From an uncultured delta proteobacterium (lineage in GTDB: Bacteria; Myxococcota_A; Polyangia; Polyangiales; JAFGIB01): a stretch of 64,000 nt of DNA. The notes below the pieces were generated by a model. It was not told the origin of the DNA and searched no databases. It was given only the letters and a program-made list of their open reading frames with translations. Shown piece after piece: positions 22,475 through 30,023 of the stretch (positions are counted from its first letter, which is position 1; every line of letters starts with the position of its first letter). Made by a program: the position numbers and the translations under genes. The DNA lies in the NCBI GenBank assembly GCA_963778655.1, contig CAVZVA010000009.1, positions 1,376,001 through 1,440,000 of the forward strand. Reading direction: 5' to 3'.

Positions 22475-23059
22475 CTACTGCAAGGTCAAGGGGTAATGCA
22501 CGAGCATGTCCGGCCCGTTGAAGGTCCGGAAGTGAATGCCTTGGGCCGCCTTGCGCAGGCAGCCGCCGGCCTCGCTCTTAGTGATAGCGCTGGGGCCTGA
22601 AAGATTCACGCGGGTCACGCCGCCGTGCCCCGTGATCCGCAGGCCGAACACGATCTTGCCGCTGAGCGGCTCGTCGCCGGCCGCCAGGATCAGGCAGCGC
22701 TTGACCTGCGGGAACACGCTGTCGAAGCCCTGCTCGATCTCGTGGCCCGTCAGCTGTTGCTCGCCGCCGGCCGCGTTCAGGTCGAGGTTGTGCGCCTCGG
22801 GACCCCCCAGATCGTCCCCGGTGGTGGCCTCGCCGCTGTAGCGGCGCTGCGAACGTGACGCGTGATGGCCGCGCGAACCGCGTCGCTTGCGGTGCGAGCC
22901 GGCTTTGGCGGGCTCGTCGGCTCGCTCCAGGCCGGCGTCCGGCTCCTCGCGGCGGGCGCTCGGTTCAAGATTGATATTCAGCAGGCCGTGCGAGTAGGCG
23001 AGCAGGAAGCCACCCCAGAGCAGCGATGCAGCCACAAATCCTGCTAGAAATCGCAACAC
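22475..23059 (-). CDS. Membrane-anchored protein with AgmX/PglI (TonB-C-like) C-terminal domain
   Basis: N-terminal TM; C-terminal domain VKRC...SGKIVFGLRI...G.V...CL...F....VHYPL. Confidence 0.65.
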   Translation of the reverse strand: MLRFLAGFVAASLLWGGFLLAYSHGLLNINLEPSARREEPDAGLERADEPAKAGSHRKRRGSRGHHASRSQRRYSGEATTGDDLGGPEAHNLDLNAAGGEQQLTGHEIEQGFDSVFPQVKRCLILAAGDEPLSGKIVFGLRITGHGGVTRVNLSGPSAITKSEAGGCLRKAAQGIHFRTFNGPDMLVHYPLTLQ

Positions 23060-23067
23060 GAGGCGCT

Positions 23068-23153
23068 TACACCGAGGATCGCTTCGAATGAGCCGACGTT
23101 CGCGAATGGATCCGCCGTGCGAGGGTGGATCAATTCAGGCGGTCCCCGGTGTA
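23068..23153. other. Candidate structured RNA (three-way junction)
   Basis: Closing stem TACACCGAGGATCGC / GCGGTCCCCGGTGTA encloses two hairpins, including GATCCGCC-N7-GGTGGATC. Confidence 0.35.
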
Positions 23154-23384
23154 TATCACGATGTGGAAAGCCTAGACCCTAGCGAGGCTGCGCCTCGGAC
23201 CCACCAGTGATGGTCTACTCGCGTCAAGACAGGGCCCCGCTAGCCTTCTATAACCGCAAGGGGCACGCGCCCCTCCCGCCCGTTGGGCAAAGCCCAACGA
23301 GCCCCACCCTCCCGCGGGGTCGCTTCGCTCCGGTGCTCAAACCTTGACTCATCTGTGCAGATCCGCTGGTCCTAGGCAATCCAG

Positions 23385-23966
23385 ATGCCCCTGCGCTCCT
23401 GTTTGAGGGCCTCGCTGCTCGCGGGCGCCGTGCTGTGCTGTGCCGCGCCGGGGAGGGCGGCGGCGCAAGCCCGCGAGGCCCAGCCCGCGCGCTACCTCGC
23501 CGCATGGTCGCTGGGCGTGCCGCTTCGCATCACGCGGCGGACCGAGCTGGCGCAAGATCGCTTCGCGCCCGCGTTCACCGATGCGCTCGGCGGCTACATC
23601 CTGCCCGGCGGCTCGCGCTTTCGTCACGGCGCGGGGCTGGGCCTCTCGCTGAACCTCGGCGCTGACGGGGGCTATACCGAGCCGGTCGACGCGTTCTCGC
23701 AGTGGGTAGTGATGCCGAGCTATCTGCTGTACTGCGATTTCGGTCGCGATCTGTTCGCGCTCGGGCACCTTGGAGTGCCGATCCTGGTGCACGGCGGCAA
23801 GAGCTTCGGCGGCGAGGTAGGCTTTCGGCTCGGCTACCGGCTGTTGGCGGGCTTGGGCACGTTCGCGCAGGGCAGCCTCGACATGTTCGCGGGCGCAAGC
23901 TCGTCGGTGAGCCTCGCCTTCAGCCTGTCGGCCGGCCTGTTCCTCGACTACGAGGTGCTGCCGTGA
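23385..23966 (+). CDS. Putative outer-membrane beta-barrel protein
   Basis: Signal peptide (..RAAA) and alternating aromatic/Gly beta-strands. Confidence 0.6.
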   Translation: MPLRSCLRASLLAGAVLCCAAPGRAAAQAREAQPARYLAAWSLGVPLRITRRTELAQDRFAPAFTDALGGYILPGGSRFRHGAGLGLSLNLGADGGYTEPVDAFSQWVVMPSYLLYCDFGRDLFALGHLGVPILVHGGKSFGGEVGFRLGYRLLAGLGTFAQGSLDMFAGASSSVSLAFSLSAGLFLDYEVLP

Positions 23967-24544
23967 GCCGCGGCGGGGCGGGCGCGGGGGCGCGCGCGGC
24001 GCTGGCACGCGCGGCGGCGGCGGTGGCGTTGCTGCTGCTGCTGGGGGGACCGACCCCGGGCGCGATCGGCTCCTGCAGCGGGGAAGGCAAGCTGGAAGCA
24101 CCCGCGGACCTGCAGACCTTCTGCAAGCTGAGCGAGCAGTACAAGTGCGTGCGGCGCGCGCTGCGCAAAGAGATCAGCAACCAAGCGCGCGACGACTGCC
24201 GCCGCGCCGCGATTACGCAGTGCGGGCTGCGCTCGTGGGCGCCCGGGTGCCATCCGACGCAGCGCCAGGCCAACGCCTGCTTGAACGCGCTGCGCTCGCT
24301 GGACACGCTGTCGACCAAGGAGGCCGACATCGCGGAGTGCAACACCGGCGCGCTGTGCGCTGCCAAGCTCAAGCCGTCCAGCAGCGGCGGCGCTGCAGGC
24401 GCGGGCGCCGACGCGGGCGCAGACGCGGGCACAGACGCGGGCGCAGACGCGGGCGCAGACGCGGGCATGGACGCGGGCATGGACGTGGCGGCGAGCGACG
24501 CGGGCGCCGACGCTGCTGCTCTGGACGGCGGGGCCGGGCGATGA
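23963..24544 (+). CDS. Cys-rich secreted protein with C-terminal DAG repeats
   Basis: GTGA overlap; hydrophobic leader; 9 Cys; 12-nt GACGCGGGCNNN tandem repeats (~24410-24510) encode (DAGx)n. Confidence 0.65.
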   Translation: MSRGGAGAGARAALARAAAAVALLLLLGGPTPGAIGSCSGEGKLEAPADLQTFCKLSEQYKCVRRALRKEISNQARDDCRRAAITQCGLRSWAPGCHPTQRQANACLNALRSLDTLSTKEADIAECNTGALCAAKLKPSSSGGAAGAGADAGADAGTDAGADAGADAGMDAGMDVAASDAGADAAALDGGAGR

Positions 24545-26022
24545 GGGCGCGGGGCTGGCCGCTGGTCTGGGCATGCTTGCTGGCGTCGGGTTGCGCCGCG
24601 TTCGTGCAGAAGAGCGACTACCTCGACTACCGTGCGGTACGCATGGAGCGGCGCGACGCGCCCAGGTTGCTGGCGATGCAGCGCTACGTGGCGCACCATC
24701 CGCAGGGGCACTGGCACGACGAGGTGCAGCGCGAGCGCCAGCAGCGCGATCGTCCGGTGTTCGAAGCGGGCAAGGGCGATCGGGCCGGCCTCACCCTGTA
24801 CCTCAAGGCGTTTCCGGACGGCGCGTTCGTGGCGCAGGCCAAGGCCAGGCTGTCGGCGATCGACGTGATCCGACAGCGCAAGCAGGAGGAGGCCGCGCGC
24901 GCCAAGCTGCTGGCCGAGCAGCGCAAACAGCGCGAGGCCGAGCTCAGCCGCACCTGGGTGACGCGCTTCTTCGGCTACTGGGTCAAGACCCTGCTCGCGC
25001 TCGACGGTTGGGGCGAGCCGATCGCCCAGCTGGCGCATCGGAACCCCGCGTTCTCGCGCGCGTTCGGGCGGCCGCCGCGGCCGCGCTGCACCGCCGACGA
25101 GTGCCTGAAGTACTACGAGAGCGCGTACGCGGTGCCGGTGCCGGGGGGCACCCGGCTCGAGCGCACGATGCGGTTGATCCTGCGCTTGCGGATGGAAGGC
25201 GGAAAGGTGGTGCGCGCCGAGCTGCTGTTGCCCGGGCTGGGATTTTCGCGCTGGGAGGAGCTGGAAGAGCGCCACCCGGTGGTGGACGGCGATCCCGAGG
25301 CCCGAGCCCAGGCCGTGCAGTGGGCGCTCTCGCGTATCTCGGGAGTGCTCGATGAGGCTGCGGCCGGGCGCCAGCCGCTTTCGGGCTACGCGCTCGGGCC
25401 GCTCCCAAAGCCCGCGCTCGGCCCGAGCGGCGAGCTGGTCGACACCACGGCCATGGATCCCGGCGCTCCGGCCAACCGCATTCAGGGCGCGGGCGCCCCC
25501 GAGCCTGCGTCGGGCATCGAGCAGCTGGTCAAGCCGGCCGCGCCCGAGCAGGCGCCCGACATGGAGATGGCGCCCTTGCGCGTGGGTCCCGATGGCCGCC
25601 CGCTGCCGGCGACCGGCGAGATGGTGCTCGAGCCGATGGTGGTGCCGAAGCAGGGCGCGGCCGGCGCGAGCGGCGGCACGATGGAGATGGCGCCGCTGAC
25701 CGTGCCGCCGGCCCCCGGCGAGGGTGGGGTAGGCGCCGTGCAGGCGGGCGACAGCGCGCCGGCCGCGACGCCGGCGCAGCCGCCGGCTGGCGCGGCCGCG
25801 GCCCCGAGCGCGCCCGCGCCCGTGCAGCCGGCGCCCGCGCCCGTCGTGACCCAGGCGTTCCAGCAGGGTGGCCTGCGGCTGGTGGTGTTCGCGGCCGCTT
25901 CCGACGCAGCCGCGCCTGCCTACGACGGGCTCCTGATCGAGCAGGCCCAGGATGCGAGCAAGGGCAGGGGCAAGGGTAGGGGCAAGGGCGGGGGCAAGGG
26001 CGCAGCGGCTGCGGGGCATTGA
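24541..26022 (+). CDS. Hypothetical lipoprotein with Pro-rich C-terminal half
   Basis: Lipobox LASGC; YxxxxPxG helical repeats; MEMAPL repeats; KGRG tail. Confidence 0.7.
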   Translation: MRARGWPLVWACLLASGCAAFVQKSDYLDYRAVRMERRDAPRLLAMQRYVAHHPQGHWHDEVQRERQQRDRPVFEAGKGDRAGLTLYLKAFPDGAFVAQAKARLSAIDVIRQRKQEEAARAKLLAEQRKQREAELSRTWVTRFFGYWVKTLLALDGWGEPIAQLAHRNPAFSRAFGRPPRPRCTADECLKYYESAYAVPVPGGTRLERTMRLILRLRMEGGKVVRAELLLPGLGFSRWEELEERHPVVDGDPEARAQAVQWALSRISGVLDEAAAGRQPLSGYALGPLPKPALGPSGELVDTTAMDPGAPANRIQGAGAPEPASGIEQLVKPAAPEQAPDMEMAPLRVGPDGRPLPATGEMVLEPMVVPKQGAAGASGGTMEMAPLTVPPAPGEGGVGAVQAGDSAPAATPAQPPAGAAAAPSAPAPVQPAPAPVVTQAFQQGGLRLVVFAAASDAAAPAYDGLLIEQAQDASKGRGKGRGKGGGKGAAAAGH

Positions 26023-26113
26023 CCGGCCGCAGGCGGCCGCTCATAGTTTCACGCGATTTTGAACAATCCGACGGCTCCCGGCCGGGGCCGCTCGCCCGCG
26101 AGGCCGTAGGTCG

Positions 26114-27148
26114 ATGATTCCAGCCGCTCCGTTCAAGGCCCTGCAGCAGGTCGCTCGGAGCCATTCATCGGCTCACAGCGCCGGCGAATACATGCGGGAA
26201 ATCAGCGAGTTGCTCGCCGATTCTCTACCGCTCGTAGAGCGCGCCGTGGACGCGGCCACGCATGGGCCGCAGCCGGTGCGCGAGGCTTCGGCACAGCTGG
26301 TCGGCGCGGGCGGCAAGCGCGTGCGGCCGATCACCACGCTGCTGGTCAACCGCGCCTGCGCGGGCGACCCGCGCGCGGTGGTTCCGCTGGCCGCGGCCGT
26401 GGAGCTGATCCACTCGGCCACGCTGCTGCACGACGACGTGATGGACGAGGGCGAGGAGCGCCGGGGGCGGCCGGCCAGCCGCGTGCTGTGGGGGAACCTG
26501 GTCAGCGTGTTGTCCGGCGATCTGCTGCTGACCGCCGCGCTGGAGCTGGTGCAGGGCGCCGGCATCGAGGGGGCGATGGGCGACACGCTGAGCACCATGC
26601 GCGCGCTGATCGCGGGCGAGGTCGCGCAGCTCAAGGCGCGCGGGCGCGACGACCTCGGCATCGAGGGTTACCTCGAGATCGCGGCGGGCAAGACCGCGTC
26701 GCTGTTTTCGTGCGCGTGCCGCTTCGGGGCGCGCGGCGCTGGCGCGGCGCCGGCCCTGGTGGACGCCGCAGGGCGCTTCGGCGAGCGGGTCGGGATTGCG
26801 TTCCAGATCGTCGACGACGTGCTCGACCTGGAGGGCGTGCCGCACGAGGTGGGCAAGCGGCTCGGGCACGACCTGGCCGAGGGCAAGACCACGCTGCCGC
26901 TGGCGCTCGCGCTGCAGCACGCTGCGGTCGAGCTGCGGCCGCTGCTGGTCGACGCGCGCGCCGGTGACACGCTGGCGGCGGCCAAGGTCTCACGCGCGCC
27001 GGCCGTGCGCCGGGCGTGCACGGAGGCGCGGGCGTTCGCGCTGGAGCAGACCGAGCGCGGCCTGCAGGAGCTCGAGTCGCTGCCCGGCGGCCGCGAGCGG
27101 GACTTGCTGCGCGCGCTGGTGCGCGGGCTGATCGAGCGGCGCGCCTAG
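26114..27148 (+). CDS. Polyprenyl diphosphate synthase (IspB-like)
   Basis: GGKRVRP, LHDDVMD...RRG, GKTA, FQIVDDVLD, DLAEGKTTLP. Confidence 0.92.
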   Translation: MIPAAPFKALQQVARSHSSAHSAGEYMREISELLADSLPLVERAVDAATHGPQPVREASAQLVGAGGKRVRPITTLLVNRACAGDPRAVVPLAAAVELIHSATLLHDDVMDEGEERRGRPASRVLWGNLVSVLSGDLLLTAALELVQGAGIEGAMGDTLSTMRALIAGEVAQLKARGRDDLGIEGYLEIAAGKTASLFSCACRFGARGAGAAPALVDAAGRFGERVGIAFQIVDDVLDLEGVPHEVGKRLGHDLAEGKTTLPLALALQHAAVELRPLLVDARAGDTLAAAKVSRAPAVRRACTEARAFALEQTERGLQELESLPGGRERDLLRALVRGLIERRA

Positions 27149-27739
27149 ATGGGCGAGCGCAATTCGCAGGCGGAAGACGAGCGCGGGCAGGCCGGCGAGG
27201 GCGCCGACACGCTGTGGGAGAGCGAGCGCATCGTCAGCGACTCGATCGGGCGGCTGATGGAGCTGTGGGGCTTCAAGCGCAACATGGGCCGGGTCTGGAC
27301 CGTGCTGTATCTGGCGGCCCAGCCGCTGAGCGCGGGCCAGCTGCGCGACCGCCTGCAGCTCTCCAGCGGCGCGGTCTCGATGACGCTCAACGAGCTCAGC
27401 CGCTGGGGAGTCGTGCGCAAGGTCTGGGTCCAGGGCGACCGGCGCGACTTCTACGAGGCCGAGGCCAACGTGTGGAAGATGATCTCGCGGGTGATGCGCG
27501 AGCGCGAGCGCGCGGAGATCGCGCAGGCGATCGAGACCTTCGAGGACGCGCTGGTTGCGCTCGAGCGCCGGGCCGAGCGCGAAGGTAAGGCCGCGCCGCG
27601 CGTGCGCGCCCAGCGCGAACGCATCGAGCGCCTGCTGGAGCTGGCGCGCATGGGCCGCTCCATGCTCGATGCGCTGATCAGCAACGCACGCCTCGATGCC
27701 AGCTGGCTGGCGCGCTTCCGTCTGAGCCGCCAGCGCTGA
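27149..27739 (+). CDS. GbsR/MarR-family transcriptional regulator
   Basis: WGFKRNMGRVWTVLYL, wHTH SSGAVSMTLNELSRWGVV, GDRRDFY. Confidence 0.85.
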   Translation: MGERNSQAEDERGQAGEGADTLWESERIVSDSIGRLMELWGFKRNMGRVWTVLYLAAQPLSAGQLRDRLQLSSGAVSMTLNELSRWGVVRKVWVQGDRRDFYEAEANVWKMISRVMRERERAEIAQAIETFEDALVALERRAEREGKAAPRVRAQRERIERLLELARMGRSMLDALISNARLDASWLARFRLSRQR

Positions 27740-27758
27740 GCACTGCCTGGAGGGGCAC

Positions 27759-27805
27759 TGATGAGCTCTTCAGCTCATCGGTCCTCCTCGCGCCTCGCGG
27801 CGCAC
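27759..27805 (-). mobile_element. Group II intron remnant 3 (5' end of domain I only)
   Basis: 46/47 identical to the first 47 nt of the full intron (28576-28622); starts GTGCG immediately after the 3' AC of remnant 2. Confidence 0.8.
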
Positions 27806-27928
27806 GTAGAGTGGGCACGCGGCGCCTTACTCGGGTCGACCCCGAGCAGGTTTGCGCGTGCCCCTCACCGAACCCGGCGTGCGCCTTTCGTTACGCACCG
27901 GGCTCTCCGCAGATGACTCGCGACGCAC
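27806..27928 (-). mobile_element. Group II intron remnant 2 (5' 12-13 nt fused to D5-D6; 123 nt)
   Basis: GTGCGTCGCGAG followed by an exact copy of D5, D6 and the CTCTAC end of the full intron. Confidence 0.85.
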
Positions 27929-28622
27929 GTAGAGTGGGCACGCGGCGCCTTACTCGGGTCGACCCCGAGCAGGTTTGCGCGTGCCCCTCACCGAACCCGG
28001 CGTGCGCCTTTCGTTACGCACCGGGCTCTCCGCAGATGTTGACGCAAAGTCGGGGGTCGTCTGCCAAGCGAACCGGCCTCACCGTGACCCGCGGTGCGCC
28101 GTCCGCGGTTGCGCTACGACGGCTCCGTCCCGCCTCCGAGACGTCGCCGGGCTTGGCGGCTTGCCAGAGACCGACCTCTGGCGCTCGGATGGCGGTTCCC
28201 GCGTTCACGAGGACAACCCGTGGTGTTGTAGGCGGTCGGCTTTACCCCTGGCAGCTCCGGTCGGCGTCGATTCGGGACCAGACGCACGACGCGCCGGGCG
28301 TGAGCCCGGGCGCTCCAGACCGCACGAAACAAACGGTCCAGATCGCGCTGCATCTCCCGCACGAGGCGGTTTTTTCTCCATACAGAGGCTTCCAACACCG
28401 GCTTCAACGTGAGCGCCAATGAGCGCGCGTGCTTCGCCATGACACCTGTGGTAACGAGCCACCGAGAGCGCGAGGCTTTCGTTGCCCGTAGTTGACGTCG
28501 TTCGGCTTTTGCAGCCCGCCATTCCAACCTAGGCGGGGTTCACGACGCCCTTAATGCCCGGCCCGACCCGGACAGTGATGAGGTCTTCAGCTCATCGGTC
28601 CTCCTCGCGCCTCGCGGCGCAC
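27929..28622 (-). mobile_element. ORF-less group II intron (694 nt)
   Basis: 5' GUGCG at 28622. D5 GAGCCCGGUGCGUAACGAAAGGCGCACGCCGGGUUC (28028->27993) has the AGC triad, AC bulge and GAAA loop. D6 has a bulged A at -7 (27935) and the intron ends CUCUAC. D1 closure (GAGGAC/GUCCUC, GAACGCGGGAACC), J2/3 GA and a D3-like CGGAGCCGUCGUAG are recognisable; D4 is a short stub. Confidence 0.92.
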
Positions 28623-28650
28623 ACTTCGCAGAAGATAGATTATGTCAACT
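28623..28650 (+). other. dif: XerCD recombination site (dif-like)
   Basis: ACTTCGCAGAA-GATAGA-TTATGTCAACT has the 11-6-11 architecture, a XerD arm TTATGT.AA.T and a XerC arm ..TTCGCA.AA; it is an AT-rich island in GC-rich intergenic DNA. Confidence 0.88.
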
Positions 28651-28658
28651 CACGGGGT

Positions 28659-28887
28659 GGTTCCGGCCGGGGGGCGGTCTGGGCTGACGGGACCCGCGGC
28701 CCCGGCCTGCGCGCTCGGCCACCTCGGAGCCTCGGGGCCGCCGTCGCTCGCTCAGTACGTGAACGCGTAGAGCCGGGTTCCGGCCGGGGGGCGGTCTGGG
28801 CTGACGGGACCCGCGGCCCCCGCGCTCGGCCACCTCGGAGCCTCGGGGCCGCCGTCGCTCGCTCAGTACGTGAACGCGTAGAGCCGG
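28659..28887. repeat. Tandem duplication (~118 + 112 bp) including the 3' end of the bamB-like gene
   Basis: 28659-28776 and 28776-28887 are identical except for a 6-nt indel (GGCCTG); each contains the RLYAFTY-stop codons. Confidence 0.85.
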
Positions 28888-30023
28888 CCTGCGTTGCTGA
28901 AGGCGAAGCCGTCGCGGCCCTGGATTGTGAGCGGAGCGGTGATGCCGTGGCCGGTTTCGAGCCGTCCCACCTCGCGGCCGTCGGCCAGCGCGAGCGCCAG
29001 CATGCCGCCCAGCGATTCGGTCACGTACACGTTGGCGCCGCGCACCTCGGCCCGGCCCGGCGCGCCGCGCTCGATCGGGTGCCGCCAGCGCAGGCTCAGC
29101 TCCGGCAGGTCCAGGCACAGCACGCCGAGATTGGCCGAGGACACCAGGAGCGCGTCCGGCGTGGCCGTGATCGCGGTCACGCCGTGGAGCTCGGGCTCGT
29201 GCGAGCGGACGCTGCCACCCGCCAGCTCGAGCCCGAACAAGCCGGCGGAGAACGAGGCCACGTACGCCGTATCGCCGACCACCGCCGGCGTGGTGTCCAC
29301 GTCGACGAAGCGCCGCGATTCGTCCCCTTCATCGAGGTCGGCCGTGGTGTCGACCTCCCACAGCACGTGTCCGTCGGCGGCGTCGAGCGCCACCACGGCG
29401 CCGTCGCCGAAGCCGGTCAGCAACTTGTTGCCGCTGCGAGCCAGGCCCGCGTGCCCGGCGATTGAGAAGCCCTCGTGTGGCTCTCGGTGATAGCGCCACA
29501 GCACGCTGCCGTCGGCTCGCGAGAACGCGGAGACCGAATCGCCGTCGGTGACGACGTAGAGCGCATCGTGGGCCAGCAGGCCGGGCTGCGAGATCGCCGC
29601 ACCCGCCTGGGCCGTGAAGCGCACCGACAGGTCGCCGGGCCGCAGCGCCAGCACCTGGCCGCGCACCGTGCTCACGTACAGCTCCCCGCGCTCGGCATCC
29701 ACCACCGGCTGCGCCTCGATCGATGCGCCCGCGTTGTAGTGCAGCAGCTTGCGGCCACGGGCGTTCAATGCCCACAGCACGCCGCGGGTCGAGCCCACGT
29801 AGATGCGCCCGCCCAGCTCGTCCACGCCCGGCGAGGCCTGCTCGACGGGGATGTAGTTGCCCGTCCACGGCGGCACGACGGCGAGCGACCAGCGCACCAG
29901 CACACCGGGTCCGGCGCTGCGCTGGGTCGAATCGAGCCAGCCGAAATCGCTGCGCTGGCTTCCGGCGCAGCCGCCTGCCGCGAGCAGCAGCGCCGCCACC
30001 AGCGCGCGCGCGGTGCGGCTCAC
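28863..30023 (-). CDS. PQQ-like beta-propeller lipoprotein (BamB-like)
   Basis: Lipobox LAAGGC; PQQ repeats (AFSRADGSVLW, ALDAADGHVLW); RFVDVDTTP motif; downstream of a YfgM-like gene. Confidence 0.8.
   Translation of the reverse strand: MSRTARALVAALLLAAGGCAGSQRSDFGWLDSTQRSAGPGVLVRWSLAVVPPWTGNYIPVEQASPGVDELGGRIYVGSTRGVLWALNARGRKLLHYNAGASIEAQPVVDAERGELYVSTVRGQVLALRPGDLSVRFTAQAGAAISQPGLLAHDALYVVTDGDSVSAFSRADGSVLWRYHREPHEGFSIAGHAGLARSGNKLLTGFGDGAVVALDAADGHVLWEVDTTADLDEGDESRRFVDVDTTPAVVGDTAYVASFSAGLFGLELAGGSVRSHEPELHGVTAITATPDALLVSSANLGVLCLDLPELSLRWRHPIERGAPGRAEVRGANVYVTESLGGMLALALADGREVGRLETGHGITAPLTIQGRDGFAFSNAGRLYAFTY

Noticed and set aside
25961..26000. GGGNAGGG (KOPS-like) octamers pointing toward dif
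   Set aside because: They encode a KGRG low-complexity tail; too few to infer polarity without a genome-wide count.
27758..27785. Hammerhead ribozyme core CTGATGAG on the plus strand
   Set aside because: No downstream GAAA core or stems I/III; the sequence is the antisense of the intron domain I hairpin.
27811..28527. ORFs 27811..28422, 27975..28412, 28114..28527 and 28205..28522 as an intron-encoded protein
   Set aside because: No RT (YADD) or maturase motifs; they run across structured ribozyme domains and tandem repeats.
28619..28648. Sigma70 promoter from TTGACA (minus strand) inside the XerD arm
   Set aside because: No -10 hexamer at 16-18 bp spacing; TTGACA is simply part of the dif arm.
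28763..28776. CTCTAC-GCG at the boundary of the bamB-side duplication resembling the intron 3'-5' junction
   Set aside because: Only 6-7 nt match and it is ordinary coding sequence (RLYA) of the bamB-like gene; probably chance.
27759..28887. Direct repeats as a CRISPR array or as attL/attR of an integrated element
   Set aside because: Units are 47-123 bp with no unique spacers and no cas or integrase genes; the left repeats are explained as group II intron ends.
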